Positions 28,540-41,779 of a stretch of DNA of 64,000 nt are shown in pieces. The notes under the pieces were generated by a model. That model saw only the letters and a program-made list of their open reading frames with translations, was not told the DNA's origin and did no database searches. Every line of letters begins with the position of its first letter. Position 1 is the first letter of the stretch. The stretch spans positions 172,298,001 to 172,362,000 of the forward strand of contig OZ024741.1 in assembly GCA_964016885.1 (NCBI GenBank). Direction: 5' to 3'. The translations under genes were made by a program, and so were the position numbers. Source of the DNA: Eledone cirrhosa (lineage: Eukaryota).

Positions 28540-28880
28540 TTAGGTAGAGCGTCCTGATTGAAAAATATATTGCAGTCTCCATTTCATGCAGTAAAAACTG
28601 GCGAATGGGCCTGCGACATGTCCTGGGAGGTGTGGGATGAACGCACAAAGATCGCGTATCCTGAGAACCCAAAGAGGATTGGGAAGGAAGCAAACATTAA
28701 AAATTGGAACCTTGAACAGCCAAGCCATTTCGGGTAAAGAATAGAAACTGGTGGAGGAGGCTAGATGCTACCGACTAGATATAGTGGGTGTTTCCTCAAT
28801 AAAGGTAGCTTCGTGGTTCCGGTGTTATAGATTTGGATGGAGAAAAGAAATTCCACTGTTCAGGTGTGGTACTAAACTCC
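28540..28880 (+). mobile_element. RTE-clade LINE 5' fragment (APE N-terminus)
   Basis: LKIGTLNSQAISGKE*KLVEEARCYRLDIVGVSS. Confidence 0.6.
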
Positions 28881-28895
28881 GAACGTCAGAATATG

Positions 28896-28941
<46 letters not shown>

Positions 28942-29028
28942 CTACTTTCCACAAAACAAGCTCTCGTATCCATGCGTTTTCTCCCCTCTCCAACATCTTT
29001 GCCTACTATATATATATATATATATATA

Positions 29029-29223
29029 GGAAAATGGTCAGGACCCCGACGGCAGAGCTCAAGCCATTTCGACGGCTATTTCTGGACGCCAGAAATAGCC
29101 GTCGAAATGGCTTGAACTCTGCCGTCGGGGTCCTGAACATTTTACTATTATCCACTCTACTACTCAAAGTATCGAGTACTCTGGTGCGTTATGGTCCACC
29201 TGGTTCCTTATCACATTTCCTTC

Positions 29224-29226
<3 letters not shown>
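29029..29226. mobile_element. Fold-back element in (TA)n with hammerhead 3' half
   Basis: Palindrome 29031-29143 with axis 29087, plus tail ending GGTCCACCTGGTTCCTTATCACATTTCC; same family as 49952, 56998, 23427. Confidence 0.88.
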
Positions 29227-29260
<34 letters not shown>

Positions 29261-29773
29261 GGCAAAGATGATGTAAGGAAGATGTTGGAGATGGGAGAAA
29301 ACGCGTGGATATGTGAGCATGTTTTGTCGAAAGTAGTAAGATAAGTATAGAAAGACTCTCGCCTACCAAACGGTTTTCTCGCCACTTCTCGCAGTAAGCC
29401 ATGTTTGTTTGCAAAAATCCGTCTGACAAAAGATTAGGCTTTATTAATTTTAAAACAAGCGTAGCACTGATTTGAGAAACTTGTAATATTTATAAATAAT
29501 TATACCTCTTCAGGCATGTCTCTCTACACATTTGGATATTCATATACCTATATTATCTGCGTATATGATATATATATCTATATATATCTATCTATATATA
29601 TATATATATACATGTATATATATATTAAAATTCAAATATTAATAAAGTAGATGTTCTCGTGATCAATAAAATTTTATTATAAACATTTCAGAGATACTTG
29701 AATCAGGCTCAACAGTACGTCCTCGTCAGATAAAATAAAATGATACATGACATACCCTGAGATGTTAGATGGT

Positions 29774-31031
29774 TAAGCCCCGCCTGACTGCGCTGGAACG
29801 TTTGCTCTTTCGCTTTTTATGGAAGGGACCCGCTCCGATGGTCAGGCGGTCCATCTGCTGTCAATACCCGCTACGTGGAGGGCTGGGAATACCGTGGCTG
29901 ATGATGCGCAGACACGCGCTCAGGATACGACATCTCCACCTCTTCCTCGACGGTGATCAGGTGTGGTCGCCGTTTGCTAGATGCGTCTTTCCCCAGCTCA
30001 TCCCCTTGACGGAGCTGCAGTCCTGGGTCAAGCGAAGACCGAGAGGGAGCGCTTGGAGACTGGAATGTCTTCAGGCGCTCACAGCCCTCGACCAATCGGG
30101 CAATGTGATCGGAGGAAACTCCACCTTGGCGTTCTATAGAGGATTAGTGGAGGGGAAGAGCGACAACGTACTTGGAGAAACTCTAGGCGTTGACGAAAAT
30201 CAATTAGCCAATCTCTTTGGAAGGACTTTCGGGCCGGGGCCTATGGACAACTTCCAGAAATCCCTGGCCTGGCAGTGCTACCGGGGAGCTTTGCCAGTTC
30301 GGAATAAACTCTACAAGCATGGAGGTGCCGTCAGCCGAGCATGTCCGGGATGTGCGCAGGGCGACGAAACCGTCCTGCACGCACTCGTCCAGTGTCCGAG
30401 CATTGCTGACTTGTAGGTTTATGTCGAACACTTGCTGTCGCGTGTGGGACGGATCCAGCTGTCAGCTGAGTCCATCGTGAGGATTGCCCCGCCCTCTTCC
30501 TTTAGCCGGGAAGGGCAGGTAGTTTTTATCTGTCTGGTGGCCATGGCCAAAGAGATAGTATGGTGGACGCGTTTGAAAGGGCTGAAGACGAGCACTTACC
30601 TCTTCGGTGATGCCCTGATTAACTTTTTCAAATTTCATTTGAAAAGGAAAATCAGGGTAGAAAGGGAAGTGCTCTCTTCCCAGCATTTTGTTGAAAGATG
30701 GGTGAGATAAGCAAGTATGGCCCGAGTGAATGGGCCTACTCTGAGTATGTGTCTGTAAATTAAAGGTGGAAAACTGGGAGAGGGCACTTGCTCTGGTGGT
30801 CAGGGTCACTGTGGCTTTTTAATGGGCTTTCTCCACGAATGTCCCTCGGAAGTCTTCCCCCTATTGGGGGATTTTTTTCATTGTTCTATTATTACATCCT
30901 CTGTTTCTTGTTATTTTTACACGCAGAAATGCCCATTTGTACCGCCCTGTATTGTCCTGTACTGTCCTTAATGTCTACTTTATGTAAACCCTTGTGGTTA
31001 ATAAAGAACTCATTATTATTATTATTATTAT
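29774..31031 (+). mobile_element. 5'-truncated Tx1-like LINE copy
   Basis: Highly similar to 6224-7330 and 35358-36645; ends in (ATT)n. Confidence 0.92.
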
Positions 31032-33548
31032 TGCTCTGTTCGGACGTCTTTTTGCTCGCTCCCAGCGAGTCGCTTTATTTACCTGGTATAATTATTTGTT
31101 GTTAAATGTTTCTTGTTGTGTAAGAGATATAAGCCCTTAGACTTTGTCCAGTGAGGGAGAAAGTATAATATTTCGGCCTTTTGGCCCAAATATTTGAATA
31201 TTTTACTTTTAAAAATATTAAAAATAAAAACATGGCTAAGCCACGCCCCCCAGCAATATGTCTCCTGTCATGTGAGAACGGCGGAAAAGTCGCGAGGAAG
31301 GTTACAGAAACTGATACAACAAAGACCACCACGGTAACAAAGACAGCAATGACAACAACACTGAGAACACTAATTTTTAAAAAATTACCACACCAACTAC
31401 AACAACAACAGCGACAACCAAAATACAGACAACAGAGAAAAATAACAACAAATGCAACCACGATATTAACACCACTAACAAGAAAATAAACAACGACAAC
31501 AGCAACAATACAAATTGCACCGAAAACAACAACAACGGTGGCACCAAAAACACAACCAAGTACAACAGTGATAACAGCAACAATACCAACAACACCGTTT
31601 GTAGCAGTAGCAACAGCACCAACAACAAGAGCAGGAGCAGCAGTAGCGGCAGCAATAGTGGTGCCGCTGAAAAAGGGGCCACTTCTTTCGCAGGTGTGGC
31701 CCGAAATATAGAAACAGTGCTAGTCACGGAGGAGGGGATGGCAGTCGCAAGGGCCATAGTGACAAGAAATGACAATAGAGTTTCCCTGAAACCTCCACCC
31801 GATCTTTTCAAAGACCAGAAGCTACGCACGATGACTTACCGCACCGTAAGCAAAATGTCACATCGGGTGGAGAGAACCACGGAGGCTCAAATCCAAAAGG
31901 CCTTGGTGTGCGTCTGGCGCGCAAAACCCACATCACCCGAGGCAAAAAGTATGCCGCAGTAGACGTACTTTTCGCCACCCCTAAGAGGCGAAGTCTCACT
32001 CTTTGGAAATCCCAAAGAGTGATGAGATAGTCCTGGTGCCCTCCTACTGCGGGCAGAAAATTGTGAAGGTCAAAGTGACGCAGGTCCGGCTCGACGTACC
32101 CATACATTGGCTGGCCGCGTCTGCACTTGCTGGAATCGAGGACAGGACCACCATACTTTAAATACAGAGAATTGGAAGAGAGAACTGGTCATGTATAGGC
32201 ATGCAAATGCTAATACAAACTGACCAGGAGTGCATCGAGGCCATCCCAGATATCATAGACTCCAATTCCCTATAAGCGTGGAACGAAGGCGCCCAAAGTG
32301 CTATCTCTGTTGGCAAAAGGGTCAGCTTAGGGCCTTCTACCCGCAGAAGACAGCCAAAAAGTGGGGCTACTTCCTTCTGACGCCTGATCCGCTGCTACCA
32401 AGAGCAGGGCAGGCAACAGAGTCAGAAGACACTTCCATGGTGAGTAGGAGAGCAACGTCCGTGGCACCCATACCAAGGCTACGGACAACTAAAACAGCGG
32501 CAGCAGTGGCGGCAACACTCAACAGTCGCTGTAGCTACACCGGGGGCAATGCTGTGGCTGATGATGCGCAAACACACGCTGAGCCTGCGACATCTGCGAC
32601 ATCTCTGGTGCTTCCATGACGGTGAAAAGTTGTGGTCACCGTTTGCCAGACGTGTTTTTCCCCAGCTGCAGTCCTGGAGTAGGAAAAGACCGAGGGATAG
32701 CGCTTGGAAGCAGGAATGTCTCCAAACGCTCACAGCCTTCTACCAGCTGAGCACTAGTATCTGTGGAACATCCATCTCGGTGTTCTATAGAGGAATAGTG
32801 GAGGGGAAGATGACGACGTACTCGGGGAGACCCTGGGCGTCGAAGACGATCAGTTGTTCGCTCTCTTCAAGAGAACTTTCAGCCCGGGGCCTATAGACAA
32901 CTTCGTTCAGTGTCCGAGCATTGCTGACATGTGGGGCTATGTCGAACATTCGATGTCACGTGTAGGACGGATCCAGTTATCGTCTGAGTGCATTGTGCAG
33001 ATAGCCCCGCCATCCTCCTTTAAGGAGGAGGAAGCGCAGGCAGTTTTCATCTGCCTGGTGGTCATGGTGAAAGAGATTGTATGGCGGACAAGGTGGAAAG
33101 GATTGAAGTCGGGCACTTTCATCTTCGGCGAATCCCTGATTAACTTATTCAAATTTCACTTGAAGAGCAAAATCAGGGTGGAGAGGAAAGTGCTGTCTTC
33201 TAGTAAGTTTGTTGAAAGGTGGGTGAAAGTGGCGGGTCTGGTCCGAGTGAACGGGCCCGCTCTGAGTATGCGCCTGTAGACTGAGGAGTGTAAAACTGAG
33301 AGAGGGCGCCTGCCCTGGTGGTCAGGGTGGTCGTGGTCTTTTGTGTGGTTTTCGCCACGAGTGACTCTCGGAAGTTTCCCCTCTATTGGGGAATTTTTGT
33401 TGTTTGAATTTTTTTGATATTTCTTTCTTGTTATAACCTTTTTTACACGGCCAAAACCCACTTTGTATCGTCCTGTACCGTTCTGTGCCGTCTGTAATAT
33501 TTTCTTCATGTTAGCCCTTGTGGTCAATAACGAAACCATTATTATTTT
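31032..33548 (+). mobile_element. Tx1-like element retaining ORF1 and the ORF2 C-terminus but lacking EN/RT
   Basis: ORF1 homology (TYRTVSKMSHRVERTTEAQIQKAL; RRPKCYLC) joined near 32545 to WLMMRKHTL..FKFHLKSKIRVER; Tx1-type 3' UTR. Confidence 0.82.
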
Positions 33549-33690
33549 CTAGCAGAATGGCCCAACGTTGCTCGGGATTTGCTCTAGGGTTCTTATATAT
33601 TTGATATATATTTATCCTTATTGAGCCTCGTGAAATAAATATGTTTGTTCATATTTTGTTATTGTGTATGCAAAAATATACAAGAATATA

Positions 33691-33730
<40 letters not shown>

Positions 33731-33841
33731 TAACAGATTAAAGTTTAAGCAAAGAATCGCTGCTTTCATCCTTAACGAGATCTTCTGAAACTAAAATCAA
33801 TCAATCTGTGAACGCAGAAGTATATTTCGAAAAACGTTACA

Positions 33842-33913
<72 letters not shown>

Positions 33914-34019
33914 TATATATATACATATATATACACACACACACACAGGTAGCGACGTCAAAATATCGTAATAAAGGCAGCTAGACATACAGACAGATAT
34001 TATATCTATATTTCTATCT

Positions 34020-34200
34020 AAAAAGAAAGACTAAGTATTATAGAGAGTGATCGCTAAATCGCCTAATACGGTCCCTAGGTCATTGAAAATTTGAAATTAT
34101 TTTTCTCAAAACACTCACAAGACCATAAGTGTTACATCTGTAAAGTTTCAAAAAAGTCGGTTGGGTGGTTCTCGAATTTTAGGGAGTCAGTCAGACAGAC
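34020..34200 (-). mobile_element. Helitron/DINE-like non-autonomous fragment
   Basis: Minus strand GTCTGTCTGACTG..CCAACCGACTTTTTTGAAACTTTACA resembles 42190-42260. Confidence 0.4.
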
Positions 34201-36587
34201 GGACTGCCGCGGCTTTCGGCCACTGAGGCAGAGTGTTGCGAAAAGCCGATAACAACCGCTGAAGTACGGGAGGCAATGACTGGCTGCACAAGGGGTAAAT
34301 CGCCTGGTTTAGATGGTCTGCCCTATGAACTTTACGTACAAATGCCAGACTTGTTCGGAGGCCTCTTGGCGGACGTCTACTGCAACTGGCAACAGAACGG
34401 GAAAATTCCCAGCTCTGTGAGCCGAGGAGCGGTGGCGCTGCTGAGAAAGGATCCGAACAAGGGGGATAACATAGATAATTTTAGACCCATAACTCTGCTA
34501 AACACAGAGTTCAAGATTTTGGCCAAGGTGCTAGCAAAGAGGTTGGCGCTTGTGGATGGTGGTCTGGTGGGAGAGGCACAGACATGCGCCATTCCCGACA
34601 GATCCATCCACGACAACCTCATGCGATACATCGTAGAGAGGGTAGCTAGGGAACCTGGCACGGGTGGGTCTTTGATCAATTTAGATCAATCGAAAGCCTT
34701 CGATAGGGTCGACCACGTTACCTAGCGGCAGTCCTGAGGGCGGCTGGCTTTGGGCCCGTCTTCAGAGGCTGGATCGCTGCCATGCACAGCGACATCTGCT
34801 CTGTAGTGAGAGTGAAGGGTCACCTTTCGGAACCGTTCAACATCATGCGCTCGGTCCGCCAAGGATGTCCCCTCTCGTCCCTACTGTACGTATTGACTCT
34901 CGAGCCATTACTGCACAAACTGGAGACGTTGAGGGGGGTCCCGCGCGAACTAGGATGCGGAAGATCCGTGTCAGCATATGCGGACGATGTCACCGTAGTG
35001 GTGTCGAACGCCAAACACATCGAGGCGATGGGCACTACACTAAGAGAATACGAAGCGGTGACAGGAGCAATGATCAACCAGGAAAAGTCAGTGGGCTTGC
35101 AGCTCGGCACCTGGAGAGGCAGGTCCATGCCGTCCAACAGCGTCGTCGGGCGCTGGACGGACGGACCGGTTAAATTGCTAGGGGTCTGGTTCGGTCCAGA
35201 CCTCCAGACGGACAAAAACTGGGACGAGGTGACGAGCAGGGTGGCTTCTCTCACCCAGAAATGGGCCGAGAAGAAGCTATCCCTGAAAGGTCGAGCGGAG
35301 GTGGCTAACGCGTACATCGCGTCCGTCATCTACTAGCGCCTGACCGTCGTACCTTGTCCTAAGCCCCGCCTGACTGCGCTGGAGCATTTGCTCTTTCGCT
35401 TCTTGTGGAAGGGACGCGCTCCGATGGTCAGGCGGTCCATCTGCTGTCAACACCCGCTACGTGGAGGGCTGGGCATGCCGTGGCTGTTGATGCGCAGACA
35501 CGCGCTCAGGCTACGACATCTCCACCTCTTCCTCGACGGTGATCAGGTGTGGTCGCCGTTTGCTAGACACGTTTTTCCCCAGCTCGTCTCCTTGACGGAG
35601 CTGCGGTCCTGGGTCAAGCGAAGACCGACAGGGAGCGCTTGGAGACTGGAATGTCTTCAGGCGCTCACAGCCCTCGACCAATCGGGCAATGTGATCGGTG
35701 GAAACTCCACCTTGGCGTTCTATAAGGGATTAGTGGAGGGGAAGAGCGACGACGTACTTGGAGAAACTCTAGGCGTCGACGAAAATCAACTAGCCAATCT
35801 CTTCGGAAGGACTTTCGGGCCGGGGCCTATGGACAACTTCCAGAAATCCCTGGCCTGGCAGTGCTACCGGGGAGCTTTGCCAGTTCGGGATAAACTCTAC
35901 AGGCATGGAGGTGCCGTCAGCCGGGCATGTCCGAGATGCGCGCAGGGCGACGAAACCGTCCTGCATGCACTCGTCCAGTGTCCGAGCATTGCTGACTTGT
36001 GGGTTTATGTCGAACACCTGCTGTCACGTGTAGGACGGATCCAGCTATCAGTTGAGTCCATCGTGAGGATTTCCCTGCCCCCTTACTTTAGCCGGGAAGG
36101 GCATGTAGTTTTTATCTGTCTGGTGGCCATGGCGAAAGAGATAGTATGGTGGACACGTTTGAAAGGGCTGAAGACGAGCACTTACCTCTTCGGTGATGCC
36201 CTGATTAACTTTTTTAAATTTCATTTGAAAAGGAAAATCAGGGTAGAGAGGGAAATGCTCTCTTCCCAGCATTTTGTTGAAAGATGGGTGAGTGAAGCAA
36301 GTATGGCCCGAATGAATGGGCCTTCTCTGAGTATGTGTCTGTAAATTAAGGGTGGAAAACTGGGAGAGGGCACTTGTCCTGGTGGTCAGGGTCACTGTGG
36401 TCTTTTAATGGGCTTTCTCCACAAATGTCCCTCGGAAGTCTCCCCCGTATTGGGGAGTTTTTCTTTGTTATTTTATTTCAACCTCCGTTTTTTTTACACG
36501 CAGAAATGCCCATTTGTACCGTCCTGTATTGTCCTGTACTGTCCATAATGTCTACTTTATGTAAACCCTTGTGGTTAATAAAGAAAA

Positions 36588-36646
<59 letters not shown>
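34201..36646 (+). mobile_element. 5'-truncated Tx1-like LINE copy (RT to 3' end)
   Basis: KSPGLDGLP, FRPITLLNTEFKILAK, VRQGCPLS, AYADDV, zinc finger; (ATT)n tail 36589-36646. Confidence 0.93.
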
Positions 36647-36647
<1 letters not shown>

Positions 36648-37239
36648 ATATATATATATATGTGTGTATGAGAGTCGGGACCCAACTCACCAATATATTT
36701 ACACCCTACTATCCCAAAATATCGATTCCTCTGCTTAATGAATGGACTTACTAGTATAAACCTTGTATTCCTGTTATATATATATATACATATATATATA
36801 ACAGTTAAGAGGTGTCAAGAGGTAATCACCTCTAAATTATCAGGTCAATTAGAAAAAAATTAAACATGCTGGAGTGTGACCTTGGGGCTTATGCTGCCAA
36901 GTGCCCGGATTTGTTGTTTTCTATCAGATAGTGGTGTTGAAAAGTCATCGTCACCACGGGAAAGAAGAATCCAAAGACATTGGGTATATGATCTCATTGG
37001 CGTGTTGGTGACGTCAATAAGTCTGTTGAGTCTTATTTCCCGGTGGTCTGGATGTTCAATTGCTTTGATGGTCACCATTTGTAGGTGTACTTATCGGTTT
37101 AAACTGTCTTCCTCATATTTATGTTCTAATCTGGTGAACAACACCTTTGGATAAATTATCGAGACCCGCTGGAATTTGGAGACGATATGGTACTTCATAA
37201 CGCATCGGAGGATGACTTCCTACATGAACTACGTGCAGC

Positions 37240-37895
37240 ACAAAAGAATGAGAATCAGTGCTGAGACACACGTCCTCACAAGGAAGCTTGCGCAGTTCAC
37301 TCTCGTTTTTACGAGTGACGGATGAAAGGAGGCTGAATTAACTTCAAAAATTGCAAGAGCTGGTGCAGTAATGTGCCAGCTTCAGCACTCATCAGAAAAA
37401 GGGAGGTAGATGTAAAAGCCGAAATCGCTAAATTCAATAGAGTGTTCCAGTCTACCTTTACTTATAGTCATAAATCTTTAGTAGTGACCAAAACAATATG
37501 AATGCGATTAGAAGCGACCGAAATGTTATTATTTCGAAGGGCCTTTGGAGTAAGGTTACTCGATAGTGTGCGTAGCTCGGATATCAGAAAATCGCCCCAA
37601 ATAGTGTCGCTACTCCTCCAAATTGATAGATCATATCTGTAGTAATATGGTCATGTGGTAAGAATGTCCCAGGTAAGAATCGATGGAGAGACTTTACGGA
37701 CAAAACCAAACGACAGAACATTCAAAGATAGACCACGGTCAAGATGGTTGGATAACATCCAAGAACTGGATGAGTCGCGCTTGGAGATCCAGCCGAATCA
37801 ATTGGAGACAGTTGCTTATGACAGTACTCGCTGTCAGGCATCTTCCAAAGCTCTTCCCCCACGAGCCCCTCATGAATAAATTGACGACGAAGAAG
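37240..37895 (+). mobile_element. RTE-clade LINE 3' fragment, decayed
   Basis: LTYSH..MRLEATEM..YGHVVRM..RPRSRWLDNI. Confidence 0.65.
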
Positions 37896-37965
37896 AGATA
37901 TATATGTATGTATGTATATATTTATATATAAATATATATATATATATATACATACAAATACATAT

Positions 37966-38061
<96 letters not shown>

Positions 38062-38193
38062 ACATACACATATATATATATTTATAACATATGCAGCTTC
38101 ATATGCAAATGAGATTAATCACCTCGTTTACACAGCCGAGAAAACTATATATTCTCGACTGTTTCCAAGTCCACCAGTTGCAAGCGGAGTAGG

Positions 38194-38239
38194 GGCCGTC
38201 CTGACGAAGGCCAGTCAAGCCTGAAATGCATAGACGGTT
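38194..38239 (+). ncRNA. Minimal type I hammerhead ribozyme motif
   Basis: ggCCGTC-CTGACGA-AGGC CAGTCAA GCCT-GAAAT-GC-ATA^GACGGtt; canonical core; palindromic ATGCAT. Confidence 0.85.
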
Positions 38240-38350
38240 GTTCCCCTTGTTTCTTTAGAAATACGAAATTTTTATACATATGTGTATAAATCTATGCTTG
38301 AAGCGAAATCTTATATATATATATATGCTCATATATATGTGTGTGTGTGT

Positions 38351-38560
38351 GTATGTAAAAGGCAAACAGAAATAACAAAAATAAGAAAACAAACGGCACA
38401 GTACATGAAAGAAATATATTAGTTTAACGCTTGAAATAGCAGGAAGAGAGTTGTAACGTTTCGGACACAACTCCTTCATCGGAAGATAGTGTCAGAAATA
38501 ATAGATAAATAAAATGTAAAGTGTGTTGAGAACGCCGAAAATGAGAAACAAAATGGGCAG
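38351..38560 (-). mobile_element. Solo PLE pLTR 3' end, related to 47675-47830
   Basis: Shared GTATGTAAAAGG.AAACAGAAATAAC..TTAACGCTTGA.ATAGCAGGAAGAG; degenerate hammerhead CCGATGA..GAAACGTT. Confidence 0.7.
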
Positions 38561-38964
38561 AAAAAAACACACGTGTGATTTTGTCGGTCATTTTGTATGT
38601 ATGTATGTATGTATTTGGCCAACCTTTTTTTTTGGTCAACCTTTTTCGAGAAACGGGCCGCATGAGATATGGCTCATTCTCAGGCTGGCCTCAAGCGCTA
38701 ATTTACATTCGTACTTACATTAAAAAAAGGGCGGTAACTCAGGTTGTTTTGATTTGTCTCTTCAGAATTCGTACACTTTGTTTTCCTCGATCGTAAAAAT
38801 GATAGAAAGATAAATTACGACTGAAAAGTTGGGGTAAAAAAAAATCAGAAAGATTTCACTTAGGTGACTTAGGCGAGCCATTCAGAAAGCTTCGCGGGCC
38901 GCAGGTTGCCCATGACTGATGTATATGTATGTATATATGTATATATGTATGTATGTATGTATGT

Positions 38965-39354
38965 TATCTCTTTCTCTTAATTTCGAGTATATTTTTTTTG
39001 ACCGGCCACCTTCCTGGTGGCAAGGTTGTAAAAGAAAAGAAATTGTCATCCCTTGAATCGCAAGAATGTTTTGCAAATTTTGAAGGTGCCAGCTATCGCA
39101 GCCATTTGTAGACTATGAATTAGGGAGCTGCGCTCTTTGTCCGCAAATCCAAGTTCAGTCATACTTTGGTCCAAACGAGTTGGTATATAACCCGTAGCTC
39201 CAATAATGATGGGTATGAAGCTAAAGGTGTATCTTGGATACTGGATTTGTAAACTCCTCATCAATGGTCCGTAGATGTCCTCCTTCTCCTGTATTTTTCT
39301 GACAACGTTTACATCAAGTGGGCAGCTGATCTCCACAACAGAACACGTTTTCAA
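38965..39354 (-). mobile_element. R4/Dong-like 3' fragment (restriction-like endonuclease C-terminus)
   Basis: VVEISCPLDVNVVRKIQEKEDIY..FIPIIIGATG; flanked on both sides by (TATG)n. Confidence 0.8.
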
Positions 39355-39851
39355 TGTATGTATGTATGTATGTATGTATGTATGTATCTATGTATGTATG
39401 TGTGTATTATGTATTCATTAATGTATGTATATGTATAAATTATATGTAATCTTTGCCGGTGATGCTCGTTCATACTTTCATCGAATCCTTGTTTCATTCA
39501 GTAAGTTAATCCATATATTCATATATCAATATTTTTAGAAATGGGAGAATGTCCAGGCGGATATGTAGGAAAGTAGGAGAAGGGGGAGGAAGAGGAAGAG
39601 AAGGAAGCGGGGATAAGAATAACAAGACAAGAAGACAAACACTTGAAAGATGGAACATTGCTTTGAATGAACGTAAAGAAAAAACACAAACGAAGCAATC
39701 TAAAAGCTAAACAATGGACGAAGTCTGTATTTAATCTAGCTGCATTAAATTTAGCTTATCCAGCTGCTGTGTTCGCAGAACACAACACTCGGAACAAGGA
39801 AATTTGAAACTGAAGCACTAGTAGCCATACTTATAATAACAATAGTAATAA

Positions 39852-40180
39852 CAATAATTGTTTCTACTTTTGGCATAAGGCCAGCAATTATCCCAGTGTA
39901 TTACTGGTACTTTATTGTATCGACCCCGTAAGGATGAAAGGCAAAGTTAACCTCGGCGGGATTTGAACTCAGAATAATTACAATAATGATTGTTTCTAAT
40001 ATAGGCTCAAGGCCAGCAATTTGAAGTAAAGGGAAAAGTTGATTAAATCGACCCCAGTCCATTACTGGTACTTTATTTTAAGGATGAAAGGCAAAGCTAA
40101 CCTCGGCGAGAACCGAGAATGCAAAGGGGCGTAACCCAGTGCCACGAAGCGTGGTGCCTAACGCGCAACCACTACTGCTA
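39852..40180 (-). mobile_element. Two adjacent tRNA-derived SINE copies
   Basis: CTGGTACTTTATT..AAGGATGAAAGGCAAAG.TAACCTCGGCG at about 39904 and 40064. Confidence 0.8.
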
Positions 40181-40194
40181 ATAATAATGGTTTC

Positions 40195-41669
40195 ATTAAT
40201 TAGTCACAGGGGCCGACATATAGGGGACAATACAAAGACAGGGACGGTGTTGGTTTACAAAAATATGGAGTAAAAATACACAATAACATAAACAATTAAC
40301 AATAAAAATATATGAAATATATATAAATATACCAAAATAAATTCCTCAAAGGGGGGGGGGGGGTGAACCACCCAGGAACGATTCAAGTACCTCACCAATC
40401 TTGAACAACCCGACTTTTCGAGGGCATTCGAGAAGGGAACACCTCCTCCTTAAATTAACCAGCCTGCAAGCATATGCTCAGAGTAGGCACAGTCACACTG
40501 GCTATTCTCGCCACATTCACCCATCTTTTATCAAATGTAGTGGAGGGAAGCACTTCTCTCTCCACCCTCACCTTCCTTTCCAAGTGAATATAGCAAAGTT
40601 GATGAGAGATTGGCCGAAGAGAAAAGTGTCTGTCTTTAGTCTTTCAATCTGGTTCACCATACAACCTCTTTCGCTACCACCACCAGATAGAGGAAAACTG
40701 CCTGTCCTTCCCGTCCAAAAGAAGTAGGTCGATAGCAGGATCTGTCCTACACGCTACAGCATCTGTTTTGACAACTCCATAAGTCAGTAATGCACGAACA
40801 CTGGATGAGTGCATGCAGAACGATTTTGTCACCCTGGGCGCATTTCTAGCGGGTCCGTCTGACAGCACTTTCTTGCCTGCAGAGTTTATCTCAAACCGGC
40901 AGTGTCCCCCAGTGGCAATGCCAAGCGAGGGACTTCTGGATGTTATCCAGAGTCCCCGGCTAGAAGGTCCTCCTGAACAGACTGATCAGTTTGTTTTTGT
41001 CGATGCTCAGAGCCTGTCAGATACTCTGTCGCACATGCCACCACTAAATGCTTTATAGAACTCCAGAGTGGAATTTTCACTGACCGCATTGCCCGCTTGG
41101 TAGAGGGCAGTGAGCGCATGGCAACATTCCGGATGCCAGGCTCCCAGACTTTGTCTCTTCTTGACCTAAGACTGCAGCTCAGTCATAGAGATGAGCTATG
41201 GAAAAGCCTGTCTCACAAACGGCGGCCACACATGTTCACCGTTTAGGTAGAATATCTGGAGATGCTGAAGCCCCAGCGCTTCTTTACGGAACTGTAACCA
41301 CGGTATGCTCAGCCCTTGGCATAGGGGATGCTGGTAGCAGATGGACCACCTCACACACAGAACATGTCCCTTCCACGTGAGGATGAAGAGAACCTGTTCC
41401 AATTTGACGAGGCAGGAACGGAGGAATGGCACGACGGTCAAGCAGTGGTGGATGACGGAGGCGATGTACTAGTTCACCACCTTCGCTCAACATTTCAGGA
41501 ACAGCTTCCTCTTGGTCTATTTCTGGGTGTGAGTGGCTACCCTGTTCGTAACCTCGCCCCAATTGTTATCTGCCTGGAGGACTGGTCCGAACCAAACCTC
41601 GAGTAACTCTGCCTGTCCATCCGCCCAGCGCCCAATGACGCTGTTGGAGACGGCATGGACCTACCTCTC

Positions 41670-41670
<1 letters not shown>
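40195..41670 (-). mobile_element. Older 5'-truncated Tx1-like LINE
   Basis: Decayed homology to ORF2 C-terminus (WFGPVLQADNNWGEVT, ICYQHPL). Confidence 0.8.
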
Positions 41671-41708
<38 letters not shown>

Positions 41709-41722
41709 CGTTTCTGAATTTG

Positions 41723-41779
<57 letters not shown>

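Noticed and set aside
38560-38918. Helentron/DINE-like segment and a hAT-like terminus (CGCGGGCCGCAGGTTGCCCATGACTG)
   Set aside because: Only one end is visible, with no partner TIR or TSD; too fragmentary to call
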